Source: Eledone cirrhosa | Lineage: Eukaryota | DNA: 64,000 bases | Direction of reading: 5' to 3' | NCBI GenBank assembly: GCA_964016885.1 | Contig: OZ024756.1 | Span: 30,690,001-30,754,000 of the forward strand | Shown: piece by piece, positions 15,086 to 30,799 of the stretch | Layout: every line of letters begins with the position of its first letter | Numbering within the stretch: the first letter of the stretch is position 1 | Made by a program: the position numbers and the translations under genes | The notes under the pieces: generated by a model | The model's database searches: none | Told to the model about the DNA's origin: nothing | Seen by the model: only the letters and a program-made list of their open reading frames with translations

Positions 15086-15270
15086 TGTATAATTTTCTTC
15101 ATGTGGAATTATTCTTTTTAGCCCAATAAGACTTTCTATGCATGCTTTTCTGAAAAGTTATTTCAAAGAAGTATGAAACATAGCCTTTTGTACTGGTCAT
15201 TATATAACATTACTCTATTTTAAGCTGTTTAACTTCTACACCTGCGTTTCCAATTTTTATATATCGTTTT

Positions 15271-15317
<47 letters not shown>

Positions 15318-15547
15318 ACTGTTTCAGTAGATTCGTGTTTTACTGCGAAAGGGTTCAAAATCTGTACCTTCTTATATATAGATCTCCCTACCATAGTTTC
15401 GTGCGGGAAGATTTATCGTTTGATGCAACAATTTTTTCTCATATAATTCTAATATATAACATTGCTTCTCCTAGAGATTTTATTTCGTTGAGATGTTTGA
15501 GTATTAGAGTCTAATTAACCTTTAACTAATATATATATATATATATA

Positions 15548-15887
15548 CCAGCTGTAGCTGGCACTACCAACGCTTGATTGGGTCTACTCCACCCCCTCCC
15601 CTCGTTCTCCTACTGGCAGGTTTAGCCACCATCTCCCCTACTAATTTGCAACCACAGAATTACTACTGATTTTTGACAATCACTTTGACCATATATGGAA
15701 TTACCCCTTGAGAAGATCGGCTATTTAAATACCAGGATAAATTTTCATTTAGTCCAGAATTAGCCGTCGAAACGGCTTGAGCTCAGCTGTCGGGGCCTTA
15801 CTGGTTCCTATTACCCACTCTACTACCTCAAGTATTGAGTACTTTGGTGCGTTATGGTCCACCTGGTTCCTTACCACATTTCCTTCG

Positions 15888-15890
<3 letters not shown>
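15548..15890 (+). mobile_element. Longest family B PLE terminal repeat plus tail
   Basis: Flanked by (TA)n; 3' part matches 32637-32841, 54287-54483 and 61418-61610. Confidence 0.75.
15703..15796 (+). ncRNA. Type I hammerhead ribozyme, family B (U3-A8 core variant, long stem II)
   Basis: Stem I CCCC/GGGG; core TTGAGAA 15708-15714; stem II GA(T)CGGCTA/TAGCCGTC; GAAA 15769-15772; stem III ACGGCT-tgagctc-AGCTGT; cleavage triplet GTC 15789-15791. Confidence 0.75.
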
Positions 15891-15928
<38 letters not shown>

Positions 15929-15946
15929 CACATATATATAATATAT

Positions 15947-16020
15947 CACACTCTGCTCTGTACGAGCATAGAGTGCTCAACTGGCATACTGCCTATGGAA
16001 GCATCATAGCTACCATTAAA
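15947..16020 (+). mobile_element. Family F tail fragment
   Basis: CACACTCTGCTCTGT...ATAGCTACCATTAAA matches 29441-29514. Confidence 0.75.
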
Positions 16021-16040
16021 CACACACATATATATATATA

Positions 16041-16129
16041 GTAATAATAATAAATGTGAAGACTAAAATCCGTTAAGGGTGGAAGCAGCGATTCTTTGCT
16101 TAAACTGTAATCTGTTATTTTAATAAATA
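16041..16129. mobile_element. Family D fused fragment
   Basis: GTAATAATAATAAATGTGAAGACTAAAATCC joined to CGTTAAGGGTGGAAGCAGCGATTC; both pieces match 49739-49961. Confidence 0.75.
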
Positions 16130-16135
16130 TATATA

Positions 16136-17320
16136 TGTCAAGTAATTTGAGAGATCTGCATGACAACCTGCTATCCAGGAGCCCATATGAGCCCTCATCA
16201 CGGTACGAAGGTAAGCTAAGCATTGTTGAATTCCAGGAGAGTCTTTCTTGTGGTGAGAATGATGTAAAGTTCATCTGTGGTAATGTCAGAATGATAGAGC
16301 GAAAGATAGAGCGTTTTTGAGGAGTGAAGGCGAAATAGAAGAATAGTAACTTACAATGTCAAACTGAATACATTTTTGTTTGTTTTTATTATTCAGGTTA
16401 TTGAACCAGTTAATTACATCAGATGTACCAATCCATAAATTTAAGTTAGAAATAGAGCAATTAGAACGAACCTGTGGGATAATTCTATCCAAGATGGATT
16501 TACTAACAGGGGGTGATTAGTCTAACAGGCAGTTCCGTTCAAAAGTTACTTTTATGATCCTTAAGATTTATTCTCGGAGTTCTTGGGAAGAATGGTTCGG
16601 TCTTTTTCTCGATGCCAAGTTTAGACATAATCTCTGAAGCTTCCAAGTTTATAGATTCCAAATTGTCATGGTTAGTTTTACGATAATTCTTCCTTAGTTC
16701 CTTAAGGATAGGGTTATTATACTTATCTTTAGATACGCCATATAAAGCGTATAGTTTCGTCGGAATGGACTAAGACTTTTTTAGAGGAATTAAGGTCCGA
16801 AATCGTATTCCTGAGATTTATAAGGTGCGCCTGTCCTCTATAAGGGTTTCTCTTGAATTTAAGACCTCTTATAATATTAGTTAATTCTTCCTCAAACTGT
16901 GCTAGATTTTTATTGAAAGAAGGATTTCTTCTAGAGTTAAATAAATTATCAATATTGTTACGTTTCTTAGTATAGAAATTTCCTTTTATATTTTTTCTTC
17001 CCTAAATTTTCTTCTTTCTTCTCTCCTTCCGTGATCGTATTAAACCTATTATTTACTTTTTCATATTACAATACATAAAAACAAACTTAGACCCTAACTA
17101 ATTCCTCTAAGTTCATAATTCATTTAATTTCTTCTTCATTCTCCTTATCTCCTTAATATTATAATTTTAATAATACATATTAATAAATTCCATTTCGCAC
17201 ATCTTATTAAACCCTTCAATATATAAACCTTAAATAAATACTATTCTTAATTCCTTTTTCTTTAATCATAAACATCACCATTCATAAACCTCATTAACTT
17301 TTAATTTCAAAATTTTTTTA
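16136..17320 (-). pseudogene. Decayed Penelope-like element reverse transcriptase ORF
   Basis: Minus-strand translations in order: LGSKF, NSRRNPSFNKNLAQFEEELTNIIRGLKF, LKDHKSNF*TELPVRLITP, SKSILDRII, WIGTSDVINWFNNLNNKNKQKCIQFDIVSYYSSISPSLLKNALSFA, YRDEG (cf. YRDDGL). Stops, frameshifts and deletions present; boundary above about 16960 is uncertain. Confidence 0.85.
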
Positions 17321-17559
17321 AAAATTATGTATTATCTTACAACGGTTTTTTTAATTTCTCTCTGTGAGACAGTGTTTCTCAGTATTAAAGGCTATCTCTC
17401 TCTCTCTCTCTCACTCATTTCTCACCCTTCCTTCTTATACTCCTCCCCTGTCATCCTTTATTTTCTTTCTTCCTCTTCCTTACCTTTCCTTCCCCCTTCC
17501 TTCTTTTTTTCCCAATCTCATATATCCTTCTTATTTTATTTTTCATATGTAGATTTAAC

Positions 17560-17929
<370 letters not shown>

Positions 17930-17988
17930 TGTGTGTGTGTGTGTGTGCGTGTGTGCGTGCATGTGCGTGCGTGTGCGTACGTGTGCGC

Positions 17989-18027
<39 letters not shown>

Positions 18028-19585
18028 TGTGCGTGTGTGTGTGCGTGTGCGCGCGCGCGTGTGTGTGTGTGTGTGTGTTGTCACATGTATGCTTACTTTA
18101 GTGATCCGTAACTTGGCGTTTAGACAAAGAGAAATTGATAATATAATTAACAGACATGTTCTCTGCCTCAGTATGTCCGACTAAATTAAGCCATGGCCGC
18201 AGTTTTAATGACTGACATCTGTAAAAGAATAAAGAATCAATGAAAGAAAAGTCTAAAACATTGGAACACAATATCGATATTTGACAATACAGACACCAGT
18301 AAGTGGAACAGAGAGACAGGCAGGCAGAGCAAATAGTTTCACATCTAAAGGAAAGTGAGAAAACACATTGTAAAAGACGGGGTTGGAGAATGATATTATT
18401 TCTACCCTTCAGGCATGAAGTCCTGCTCTGCCACGACCAACTTTACTGGTATAGACATCAGCCCCACTAACATCACCACTTGCACCATCATCATTACATT
18501 ACTACCACTTTCCACCATGGAAATTGAAGGAAATTCCGATAATGACCTAGGATATGTTAAGCCATCAAACCGTAGGAAATTCCCCGTCAGACTCTCGAGT
18601 AAAACAAAAAGAAAACATATGAAAGAGTGAATTGTGCTTAAAACGCCTCGGGGTTCGTTTCTGTTCGATTAGAAGAAGAAAAAATCGCAGCCAGAATTAC
18701 ACCTAAAGAGGAAGGAAAATAAAAATGAATGAAAAAATCTTGCACGTTGTGACTTTTATATTTTATTATTCTTTTCAAATTATTATTTTGTTTTTGTTCT
18801 AATTGATCTTCAACTATAATCTATAATCTATTATTTTCCTCCTGAAGCCAAAGGGGTAGAGATAAAGCGAGAGTAAGAGAAATATTAAGCAGAATGGGAA
18901 ACAAACTTAAAACAATAAAATGGCGTATTTGCTAATATGTTATCTTTACTTCCATTTTGTTTCCTGTTCGTGTAACGAAGGCGGCGGATTTGGCAGAATA
19001 GTTAGAGAAGCGGTTCTTAAAAATGGGTCAACTAGGGTAGTAATGTGGATTCATGGCTTATATATGATATTTGAATTATTTTATTACATAACTATTGTAC
19101 CTATGCTATTGGGAATACATCATTCTTCATGTAAAAACAATTCTCACTTTTTCAGCTACAAATGCATAGAAGTGAGCTTTAAATATCTTTTTTATTCTTT
19201 CCATCCGTGGTGGTTAAGATAACTAGTGGGGATAGTATATTCGACAGTACTCCCCTTGCAAATGTGGTGTATTTTCCTAAAAGGACAGCGAGAAAAGGGG
19301 AGCCTTCATATTTTTTGGGTCTGTTTGAGAAATAGTAAGAAAACGTTCTTCATATTATGTCATGCTACGTATAAGAAGGAAGTTGTGACAAGGCATTATA
19401 TATGATCTTCAAAATATGTTTCGATCAAAGATATATGAGATGTTCAATACGCATGAGAAATTTGGTCATGGGACTGCTCAATCAGGGGTGGAGTGGCAAT
19501 GATGGTTGTCACGTTTGTGATTGGGGTGCTGGTGGTGGTGGTGGTTGTGGTGGTGACGTTTGTGATGGCAGTGGTGTTGAAATAA

Positions 19586-19615
19586 TGACAACAACAACAG
19601 CAACAACAACATCGA

Positions 19616-19671
<56 letters not shown>

Positions 19672-19915
19672 GCGACGACAACGGTGACACCAACGAAAAC
19701 AACAAATGCAACGACTGCAGCAGCAACAGTGACAAACCTTAGCATCAAAAACAGTAATAACATAAACAATGACAACAGCAACAGTAAAACTAACTACAAC
19801 GGCAGCAATGGCATCACCAATAATAACAATTGCAATCACAAAAACAACAACAACAGCAACAACCAAAACAACAACAACAACAACAACAACAACAGTAACA
19901 AGATCAACAACAGCA
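19586..19915. repeat. (CAA)n-based low-complexity tract
   Basis: Direct reading. Confidence 0.9.
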
Positions 19916-20499
19916 GCTCCAGGTAATTTAAAGTGGAGCATTAATGGAATGTCAAATTTGCAGTAGAATGGGAATAAAAATCTCCTCACGTGTGTCTTTG
20001 GTGATTTGGTTTGATAACTAACAAGAATATGAAAATAATGGTTGGGGTAGCTGAGGAGGATGATAGGAGGATGTGATGAAAGGGGTGGCGGAGACTAGGT
20101 GTAGAAAGATGTACAGATACTGGGTGGTGACAGGTTTGGGTTTTAGAATGATGTGAACATAGGGGTGGCAGTGTGGATGCGAAGATGCGAATTGCGGTGA
20201 CTGGAGATATAGGGACCTAAAATTATGGGTTGGCGGTGGTGGTTGGGATAAAAGAATAGGAAAATAGGGGGTGGCAGTAATTGCAGAGAGAAAGCTGTAA
20301 AGACAGCAGTGATGGTACCTGCAGCTTAAAATGTGATGATGGTTGGGGACCAGCTGGGGATGGAAGGATGTGAGTGTTTGTGTAGTGGTAGCTATAGAGA
20401 AAATGATAGAAGGGCTGTTTGTAGCTGAAGGTCGTGTAAGAAGGATGTGGAAATACGGGAATAGGGACTGGACTTTGATGTTAGAAAGGTTTGACTATA

Positions 20500-21372
20500 G
20501 TATGATAGTGTTGGTCATGATATAGGATAGAAGGAGGTGGAGATACAGGGTAGTGGTGTTTGGGGTTAGAAGGGTGTCACTATAGTATGATAGTGTTGGT
20601 GAGGATGTAGGATAGAAGGGGGTGGAGATACGGGGTAGTGGTGTCTGAGGTTAGAAGGGTGTCACTATAGCATCATAGTGTTGGTGAGGATGTAGGATAG
20701 AAGGGGTGGAGATACGGGGTAGTGGTGTCTGAGGTTAGAAGGGTGTCACTATAGCATGATAGTGTTGGTGAGGATGTAGGATAGAAGGGGGTGGAGATAC
20801 AGAGTGGTGGTGTTTGAGGTTAGAAGGGTGTCACTATAGCATGATAGTGTTGGTGAGGATGTAGGATAGAAGGGGTGGAGATACAGAGTAGTGGTGTTTG
20901 AGGTTAGAAGGGTGTCACTATAGCATGATAGTGTTGGTGAGGATGTAGGATAGAAGGGGGTGGAGATACAGAGTGGTGGTATTTAAGGTTAGAAGGGTGT
21001 CACTATAGCATGATAGTGTTGGTGAGGATGTAGGATAGAAGGAGGTGGAGATACGGAGTGGTGGTGTTTGAGGTTAGAAGGGTGTCACTATAGCATGATA
21101 GTGTTGGTGAGGATGTAGGATAGAAGGGGTGGAGATACAGAGTAGTGGTGTTTGAGGTTAGAAGGGTGTCACTATAGCATGATAGTGTTGGTGAGGATGT
21201 AGGATAGAAGGGGGTGGAGATACAGAGTGGTGGTGTTTGAGGTTAGAAGGGTGTCACTATAGCATGATAGTGTTGGTGAGGTTGTAGAATAGAAGGGGGT
21301 GGAGATACGGGGTAGTGGTGTTTGAGGTTAGAAGGGTGTCACTATAGTATTATAATGTTGGTGGTGATGTAG
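20500..21372. repeat. 84-85-bp G-rich minisatellite, about 10 copies
   Basis: Unit AGTGTTGGTGAGGATGTAGGATAGAAGGGGGTGGAGATACAGAGTGGTGGTGTTTGAGGTTAGAAGGGTGTCACTATAGCATGAT. Confidence 0.95.
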
Positions 21373-21814
21373 TATATATGAATGTTGAAATATGTGTGGA
21401 GATGGCTGAGGTTAGGGGAATGTGCAGAACATTGTGGCCGTGAAACGTGGTACATAGAGCTAGTCATACATTTACTTAATGAATACTCAATAAACGTTAG
21501 CAGATTCTAGGTTCTGTTATTTGAATATAGAAAAAAAAATTAAACATGGCTGTTATATGAAGTGATTCTCTGAAAGACGAAACTTCGGTCAGTTCTTTAC
21601 CGAAACCTGAAATACACATACATACATACATCACACTAAATATACACAGACGCAACATACACACACTCACGCTCACACACACCTATACAACCTATACAAA
21701 CACGCGCACACACTCACACACACAAACACATAAATATATACACAAATAGATACATAGACACACACGCGAATATATATATATATATATTCGTATATATATA
21801 TTTACATATATATA

Positions 21815-22750
<936 letters not shown>

Positions 22751-22974
22751 GTACGTATGTATGTACGTGTATGTGTGAGAGTGTAATGAACATTCTAAAA
22801 GGAAAATGGAGAAAAATGCAACGCAGTGCAATTTAGGCAGAGTGGGGAAAAGCAATTCAAGTAGAGCTTATTGAAGTTTCTTCTGGCAAAAACACACACA
22901 GACTAACACACACATATATATAGAGAGTAACACAAATATATAGATAGGAATATGCAGGCACATACACACCGTCA

Positions 22975-23018
<44 letters not shown>

Positions 23019-23053
23019 TTGTGTATAATGGTAGCTATGGTGCCTCCATACGC

Positions 23054-23127
<74 letters not shown>

Positions 23128-23154
23128 TTTATATTTATATATAATGTATTTATA

Positions 23155-23200
<46 letters not shown>

Positions 23201-23294
23201 TATATTTGTATATACATATATATTTTTATATTTATATATAATGTATATATATATATATATATATATACGCATACACACAGACACTCACACACAG

Positions 23295-23335
<41 letters not shown>

Positions 23336-23602
23336 CAGCACAACACAGCCAACGTACATAAATCAGACATACACACACACACACATAGACACACACATAC
23401 ACACACACATACACACACACATATAAACACACACACACACAAACAATACACACAATATGCAAAGCATACATATACATACAGGCACGTTAACACACACACA
23501 CACCACTTGAACATATATTTTCTTTAACTAAATATGCTATATTGATGGAGTGCTAACAGAGACAGTCGGAATGTGCTGTCATTTATTCTATTATTTACTA
23601 TC

Positions 23603-24061
23603 GATGATGATGATGATGATGATGATGGTGGTGATGATGGTGATGATGATGATGGTAATGATGGTGATGATGGTCATGATGATGGTGATGGTGATGATAA
23701 TGATGATGGTGGTGATGGTGATGGTGATGATGAGGGTGATGATGGTGATGATGGTGATGGTGATGATGATGATGGTGATGGTGATGATGGTGATGGTAAT
23801 GGTGATGATGGTGGTGATGATGGAGATGGTGATGATTATGATGATGGTGGTGATGGTGATGATGGTGATGGTGGTAGTGATGATGATGATGGTGGTGATA
23901 ATGGTGATAATGATGATGATGACGATGATGGTGATAATGATGATGATGATGATGATGCTGATAATGATGATGATGATGATGATGCTGATGATGATGCTGA
24001 TGACGATGATGGTGATGATGATGATGGTGATGACGATGATGATGACGATGATGATGGTGAT
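23603..24061. repeat. (GAT/GGT)n trinucleotide tract
   Basis: Direct reading. Confidence 0.95.
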
Positions 24062-24099
24062 ATAAACAGCCACAACCGTTATAACTATATTAATAATAC

Positions 24100-24186
24100 T
24101 TGTTTCTACTATCGGCACAAGGCCAGCAAACCCCAGTACATTACTGGTATTTTATTTTATCGACCCCGTAAGGTATAAAGTACCAA
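24100..24186 (-). mobile_element. SINE family 1, 3' fragment
   Basis: TTGTTTCTAC...GGCACAAGGCCAGCAA...TTTATCGACCCCGTAAGG. Confidence 0.8.
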
Positions 24187-24195
24187 TAATGATAC

Positions 24196-24209
24196 ACTAC
24201 TACTACTTT

Positions 24210-24285
<76 letters not shown>

Positions 24286-24286
24286 G

Positions 24287-24328
<42 letters not shown>
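24196..24328. repeat. (CTA)n microsatellite
   Basis: Direct reading. Confidence 0.95.
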
Positions 24329-24831
24329 TTGAGGATGATGTTGAAAGCAGTAATAACCTATTATTATTTAATATTATTCTGTCGTGTGATTTTGTTGTTG
24401 CTACTATAAAATATAGCTTCATGACATAGAATATAATTATTTTTTCAACGTGAATGAAACTGTATTATAATGTATTTTGTATATAAATGGCAGACATATT
24501 GTCCGTTAATCTGTATATGTTCATGTATTCATAGATACACACACACACACACTTACATGTTTATATATATATATATTTGTCTGTGTGTGTGTATTGTATG
24601 TATGTGTGTGTTTATAGACATATATACACACACACACACAGATATATATATATATATATATATATTTGTCTTGTCTGTGTGTGTGTATTGGATGTATGTA
24701 TATGAATGTATGTACATATATATATATACATATACATATATTTATACATATATTTATACATAAATGTACATATATACACGCATAAATATATATATACGTA
24801 TATATATATATATATACACATACATAAATAC

Positions 24832-24870
<39 letters not shown>

Positions 24871-25030
24871 CACATAAATATATATACATAAATGTACATA
24901 CATGTACATTTATATATGTATAAACACACACAAATATATATATGCTTATGTATATATATATGTATATTATGTATATATATATATTTATGTATATATATAT
25001 AATTTATATATATGTACATTTATGTATATA

Positions 25031-25091
<61 letters not shown>

Positions 25092-26265
25092 ATGTATGTA
25101 TACATACATATATGTATGTATGTATGTGTGTGTGTGTTCATATATGGCAGACATTTTCGTAAAGTTTGGATAGTTTTTATTGAATTCCGTAACTTTGCAT
25201 CTCTATTATTAGGCTTAAAATATGTTTCGATCATAATGTTGTTCCTGTCCTTGGGCTGTCAGTGTTGCTGATGGTGGAAGCATTGACGATAGTCGTAGTT
25301 ATTGCTCTATATGTTGTTTTAGTTGCCATGTTTTAATATTTGCTGGGGAGTAGGCTATCTCGCTCTAAATTTCCTCATTGATTTATTTTTCTCATTATGT
25401 ATTAATGAGATCATGCGTTTTGTATTGCATCTGCTAAAAATGGTAGCTAAATCGTCCTCAAAATAAAGGATATTAGGTTTTAGAATATATGGAAAACATT
25501 TTAGTAAACCTAAACACTCTCTACCTGATGAATACTGGGTGGTCACAGTTGGAAATCATTGAATATGGGACTTTAATCAAACAGCAGTGGTTTATGCGAT
25601 ATAGACTATTTTCAAGCAATAAAGTCCTTCCGTCGAATAAGACTATTGTGGAACATTAATAAACGTAGGCTCTGTAATAACACGAAACTACAAAAGATTC
25701 TCGATGGAAGCCGGGAAATTTTAAGAAATGGCAGCCGAAATTTCCTCAATACATACTTTTTCGCTCTGGAAAATGTATAAAGAAGCATGATACTTTAATA
25801 TATAACTTATTTTATTGCACCAAGAAGATATATTTTCAAAAGCAATCTAGCCATGACGAACATGTTTGTTTGACATTTTGATTTAGGCATGATTTATATA
25901 CTTTACCTTATCCAGTATCTCTTTTATTTCTTGCTCTGACGGGTTGTGATTTGTAGGAGATTTGACAGCTATTATATCTATGAAGACTCCATCGTCGTTT
26001 TGTGTTGTTGATATCATATGAAATGCATTCAAATATATTTAAGAATTTCTTTAGAGATCTCTTGCTTACCGCAATGCAGTAAAATGAGATGGCTACATAT
26101 TATGTAGTGTGATGCCACTGGAAGATATGGTAATTTATTTTCCTATGCACTCAAGCTTTATACATGTGCACAAAGAAGAATATGCATATATACACATATA
26201 CATACCTGCATAATATATATATCTGCAGGTATGTATATACGAATATATCTGTATGTATTTTTTGT

Positions 26266-26353
<88 letters not shown>

Positions 26354-26541
26354 AAATATATATGTATGTATAATTGTATATGGCCATACGTAAATATCTG
26401 TGTACGTGTGTGTGTGGTTTCTGAAAGAGTTTGGTTAAAATAATAATTTATAAATCTGCTATATGCGTGAATGTGTTTGTTCGTGTTCCTACTGGAAATT
26501 GTGAAATTGTGAAATTGATCGAAATCTATTTTCTCCGTATA

Positions 26542-26628
<87 letters not shown>

Positions 26629-26759
26629 ACAAATACATATAATATCTATAATATCTACACACACTCACACACATATATATACGTATATATATATGTGTGT
26701 GTGTGTGTATATATGTGTATATAAATATATATATATGCATATATATATATATATATATA

Positions 26760-26837
<78 letters not shown>

Positions 26838-26903
26838 AATAAATATATATATATATATATATATACATACATATATATATGTATGCATGTATATATATAT
26901 ATA

Positions 26904-26934
<31 letters not shown>

Positions 26935-27192
26935 GAATATATATAAAGGGAGATAGAGTGAGATAGAACAAGAGACTGAGAAATTGAGAAGCAATACGAC
27001 TGTTATCCAATATAACACTTTAAATTTTGCATGTCGCACAAATACACCTACTGTCAAATAATTTACGAAAAACCTCCATTTTTGTAAGCAAGTCTGTCGT
27101 GTCAAGAATTATATATGTCTTCAGATATATTCTATGTCAGAACTATAACCTCTTGATAAATGGCATCTAGCGAGAGTTAAGCAGTTTAGAAA

Positions 27193-27238
<46 letters not shown>

Positions 27239-27389
27239 CTTATATATATACATGCCTATATATATATATATTTATATATATATATTTATATATATATATA
27301 CATGCATATATATATACATATGTATGAATATCCATATATATACATACATATATATATATGCATATATATATACATATGTATGAATATAC

Positions 27390-27424
<35 letters not shown>

Positions 27425-27589
27425 CATATGTATGAATATACATATATATACATACATATATACATACATAAATATACATACATATGAATATACATATATA
27501 TACATACATATATACATACATAAATATACATACATATATACATACATAAATATACATACATATATACATACATAAATATACATACATAT

Positions 27590-27637
<48 letters not shown>

Positions 27638-27858
27638 CATATATAAATATGCGTTAATGTTGTTGAAGACACTGCGGTTATTCATTCATAATTCAATAGC
27701 TCTTTACTTCATACTTCATGCCTCATAAACAGTTTCTATGATGGAGAACAAGAATATGTAGTGTATGTCTATATATGTATGAAATTACGTAGGCGTGTAT
27801 ATATGAGTATATATACATATTTCTCTATATATATCAATATATATATATATATATATAA

Positions 27859-27984
<126 letters not shown>

Positions 27985-28121
27985 CTAAACAGAATCACAT
28001 GCTAATACATATACAGGCATGTAAAGTACAACATTTATTTAAAGTCATGTGAAGTAATTTGTTTAAATAAACAGCATATATATGTTTATATATACTTATA
28101 TGCACGCGTATATATATATGT

Positions 28122-28152
<31 letters not shown>

Positions 28153-28311
28153 AAGAATTACTATATTTACTAACATATATATACAGATGCATACCTATGC
28201 CAGCAAATATATATATATATATATATTTCTTATCTTAGAACGTGTGTTTATAAACTGACTACGTACGTAGGGAGTAAACAATTATATATATATAATTATA
28301 TATGTATGTAC

Positions 28312-28342
<31 letters not shown>

Positions 28343-28768
28343 GTGTGTGTGTGTATGTGCGTGCGTGTGTGTGCCTATATATATACATATATATGTGTGT
28401 GTGGTGATATAATGTATACAATCAAGGATTTTCTTCTAATTAATATTTATATTCTGTTATTGTCACACATTGACGTGATAGAAACACTTCAAACATTGTT
28501 AGACTATTAAAAGAATGTTGGATATTCTAGAAGTATTGGGCGTGCCATTGTTTGTTGATTGTCTGAGAAATTCATTAATCTGTTAGTTATGCATCTCTTA
28601 ATGACAATACGTATTGTATAAATGAGTTTTATATACATATGTATGACAGAAAGCACTCAAACAATCGTACGAACCACGAACACAGATGCCCACAGCTTCA
28701 CAAACCTATACATATACATGAATATTCATATGTATGGATATATCTATGTGTGCATATATATATATATA

Positions 28769-28850
28769 TAACAGATGGAGTGTGGTAAAATACCAGGTGG
28801 ACCATAACCCACCAGAATACTCGATACTTGGGCTAGTAGAGTGGGTAATA
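28769..28850 (-). mobile_element. Family B tail fragment, diverged
   Basis: TGTGGTAAAATACCAGGTGGACCATAAC...GTAGAGTGGGTAATA is the reverse complement of about 15808-15890. Confidence 0.75.
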
Positions 28851-28889
28851 TGAATCTTTTCATATATATATATATATATGCGCATATAA

Positions 28890-28920
<31 letters not shown>

Positions 28921-28958
28921 AATATATATATATATGTGTGTGTGGGTGTGTATGTGGG

Positions 28959-29074
<116 letters not shown>

Positions 29075-29085
29075 GTATATATATA

Positions 29086-29273
29086 TGTCAGGTCACTAGT
29101 TGGTGCTCCTGGTAACATGTATCCCAGTACAACCTGTCCCATGCTCGGGTCGTTGGCGAGTTTTCAAGTCGCTGGCTGGACTGAAAAGTCACACTTGTTC
29201 AGCGCATCGGTAGGGATTCTCCTGCATGGATATAAAGTAGTGGCCGTACTCGAAGACGAGTTGGCAGCCACCA
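29086..29273. repeat. Unclassified interspersed repeat, family K (second copy 54035-54150)
   Basis: GAGTTTTCAAGTCGCTGGCTGGACT...GAGTTGGCAGCCACCA shared; (TA)n on both sides. Confidence 0.75.
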
Positions 29274-29286
29274 TATATATATTTAT

Positions 29287-29323
<37 letters not shown>

Positions 29324-29324
29324 T

Positions 29325-29514
29325 GATATAAAACGAAAAATCAGTGATGCATCTGGGCTCAGTTTATTGTGCATTACAATTGTTGCGCCGGCAGATAGCT
29401 GAGACCAGATGCAACACTGATTGTTCGTTTTATATTATATCACACTCTGCTCTGTAAGAACATAGAGTGCTCAACTGGCATACCGCCTAAGGAAGCATCA
29501 TAGCTACCATTAAA
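29325..29514. mobile_element. Family F fold-back plus tail
   Basis: ATATAAAACGAAAAATCAGTGATGCATCTGG / CCAGATGCAACACTGATTGTTCGTTTTATAT arms; related pieces at 15947, 23027-23058 (minus) and 39083-39170. Confidence 0.7.
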
Positions 29515-29516
29515 CG

Positions 29517-29569
<53 letters not shown>

Positions 29570-30799
29570 ATATATGCATATATGTGTATATATATATGTG
29601 TATATATATGTATATATATATCTATATATATATACACATATATACATATATACATATATACATATATATGTGTGTGTGTTCGTGTGTGGGTGTGTGTGTA
29701 TATGTGTGTATGTGTCTATATGTGCGTTTCTGTGCGTGTTTATTGGTAGAACAGTAATAATATTAGTATTAGTTGTAGCATCTTCCTTGTCGAAGCTAAT
29801 CATTAGAAATTGGATTTTACTTCACCATTCCTCGTATATCTATTATTTTTATTATTATGATTGATTTTCTTTATTAAAATCTACGCCATTACTGCTGCTG
29901 CTACTACAACTACTAATACTAGGATCTTCCTCATCAATAATATTATTACTATCATCTACTCTATCATCTACTTTATCAACATCATCATCATCATCATTAT
30001 CATCATCATTATCATTATTACCATTATTATTATTATTATCATTATTATTATTATTATTACAGTACATTTTTTTTTCTCTTCGTTTTGCTTCATTCTATTT
30101 CCTCCTTCTTTGATTTAAAACTCTCATTTCTAAATAATTAAGTCTTAGATATTTAGGTGTAGTGAATAGTGAATTTGTGAACGGTATGATGGGGTAATGG
30201 TGAATAGTGTAATAGTAAATTGGGGAATGGTAAATGAATGCCTTTGCAGCTTGTTGTAATCATTTTAAATATGTCGAAAGTTCTTTTCAAAAGATTTTCT
30301 CTACGCTCCACTCGTTTCCGCCATTTAATTTTCATTTGAAGCCTTTAATCATATGTTTAAAGCTCGGTTACTGATTAAACTTCCATCTCACTGGAATGAA
30401 GGACTGAAGAAAAAGTAATAAAATAAAATAAAATAAAATAAAATAAAATAAAATGAAAATAATGAGAAATAGAAAAATCAAAAAAGGAAAACAAAAGATA
30501 TACGAAATAATAAAGATAAAATGAAAATAAAAATAAATATAAATATAAACACAATATAACTATTCAAGGGGTTTTCAATAATAATAAAACTATAAATTAC
30601 ACGCCAATTTTTCGAAGAGAAGGAATAATACACTATACCATATCTAACACCACCAGCGCCAACACCAGCAACAAGAATAACTGCAGTACAAAAATATTAT
30701 CAATCCACACATGCTGATGATAATAACACAAATAACAACAAACCTAACTTCAAACACAATCACAACAGGATGAACATAATACTAATATTAAAAATATTG

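Noticed and set aside
19402-19989. Thr/Asn-rich mucin-like ORF
   Set aside because: (CAA)n-derived tract open in several frames on both strands; no domain or splice evidence
20500-21372. CRISPR-like array
   Set aside because: Whole units repeat with no unique spacers; eukaryotic context and no cas genes
21555-21590. Hammerhead-like CTGAAAGACGAAAC (also CTGAAGACGCAGG at about 44247)
   Set aside because: Stems cannot be completed; too degenerate to call
23550-24178. Asp/Gly-rich or Met-rich ORFs resembling acidic biomineral proteins
   Set aside because: (GAT/GGT)n repeat; the ORF runs into a SINE fragment
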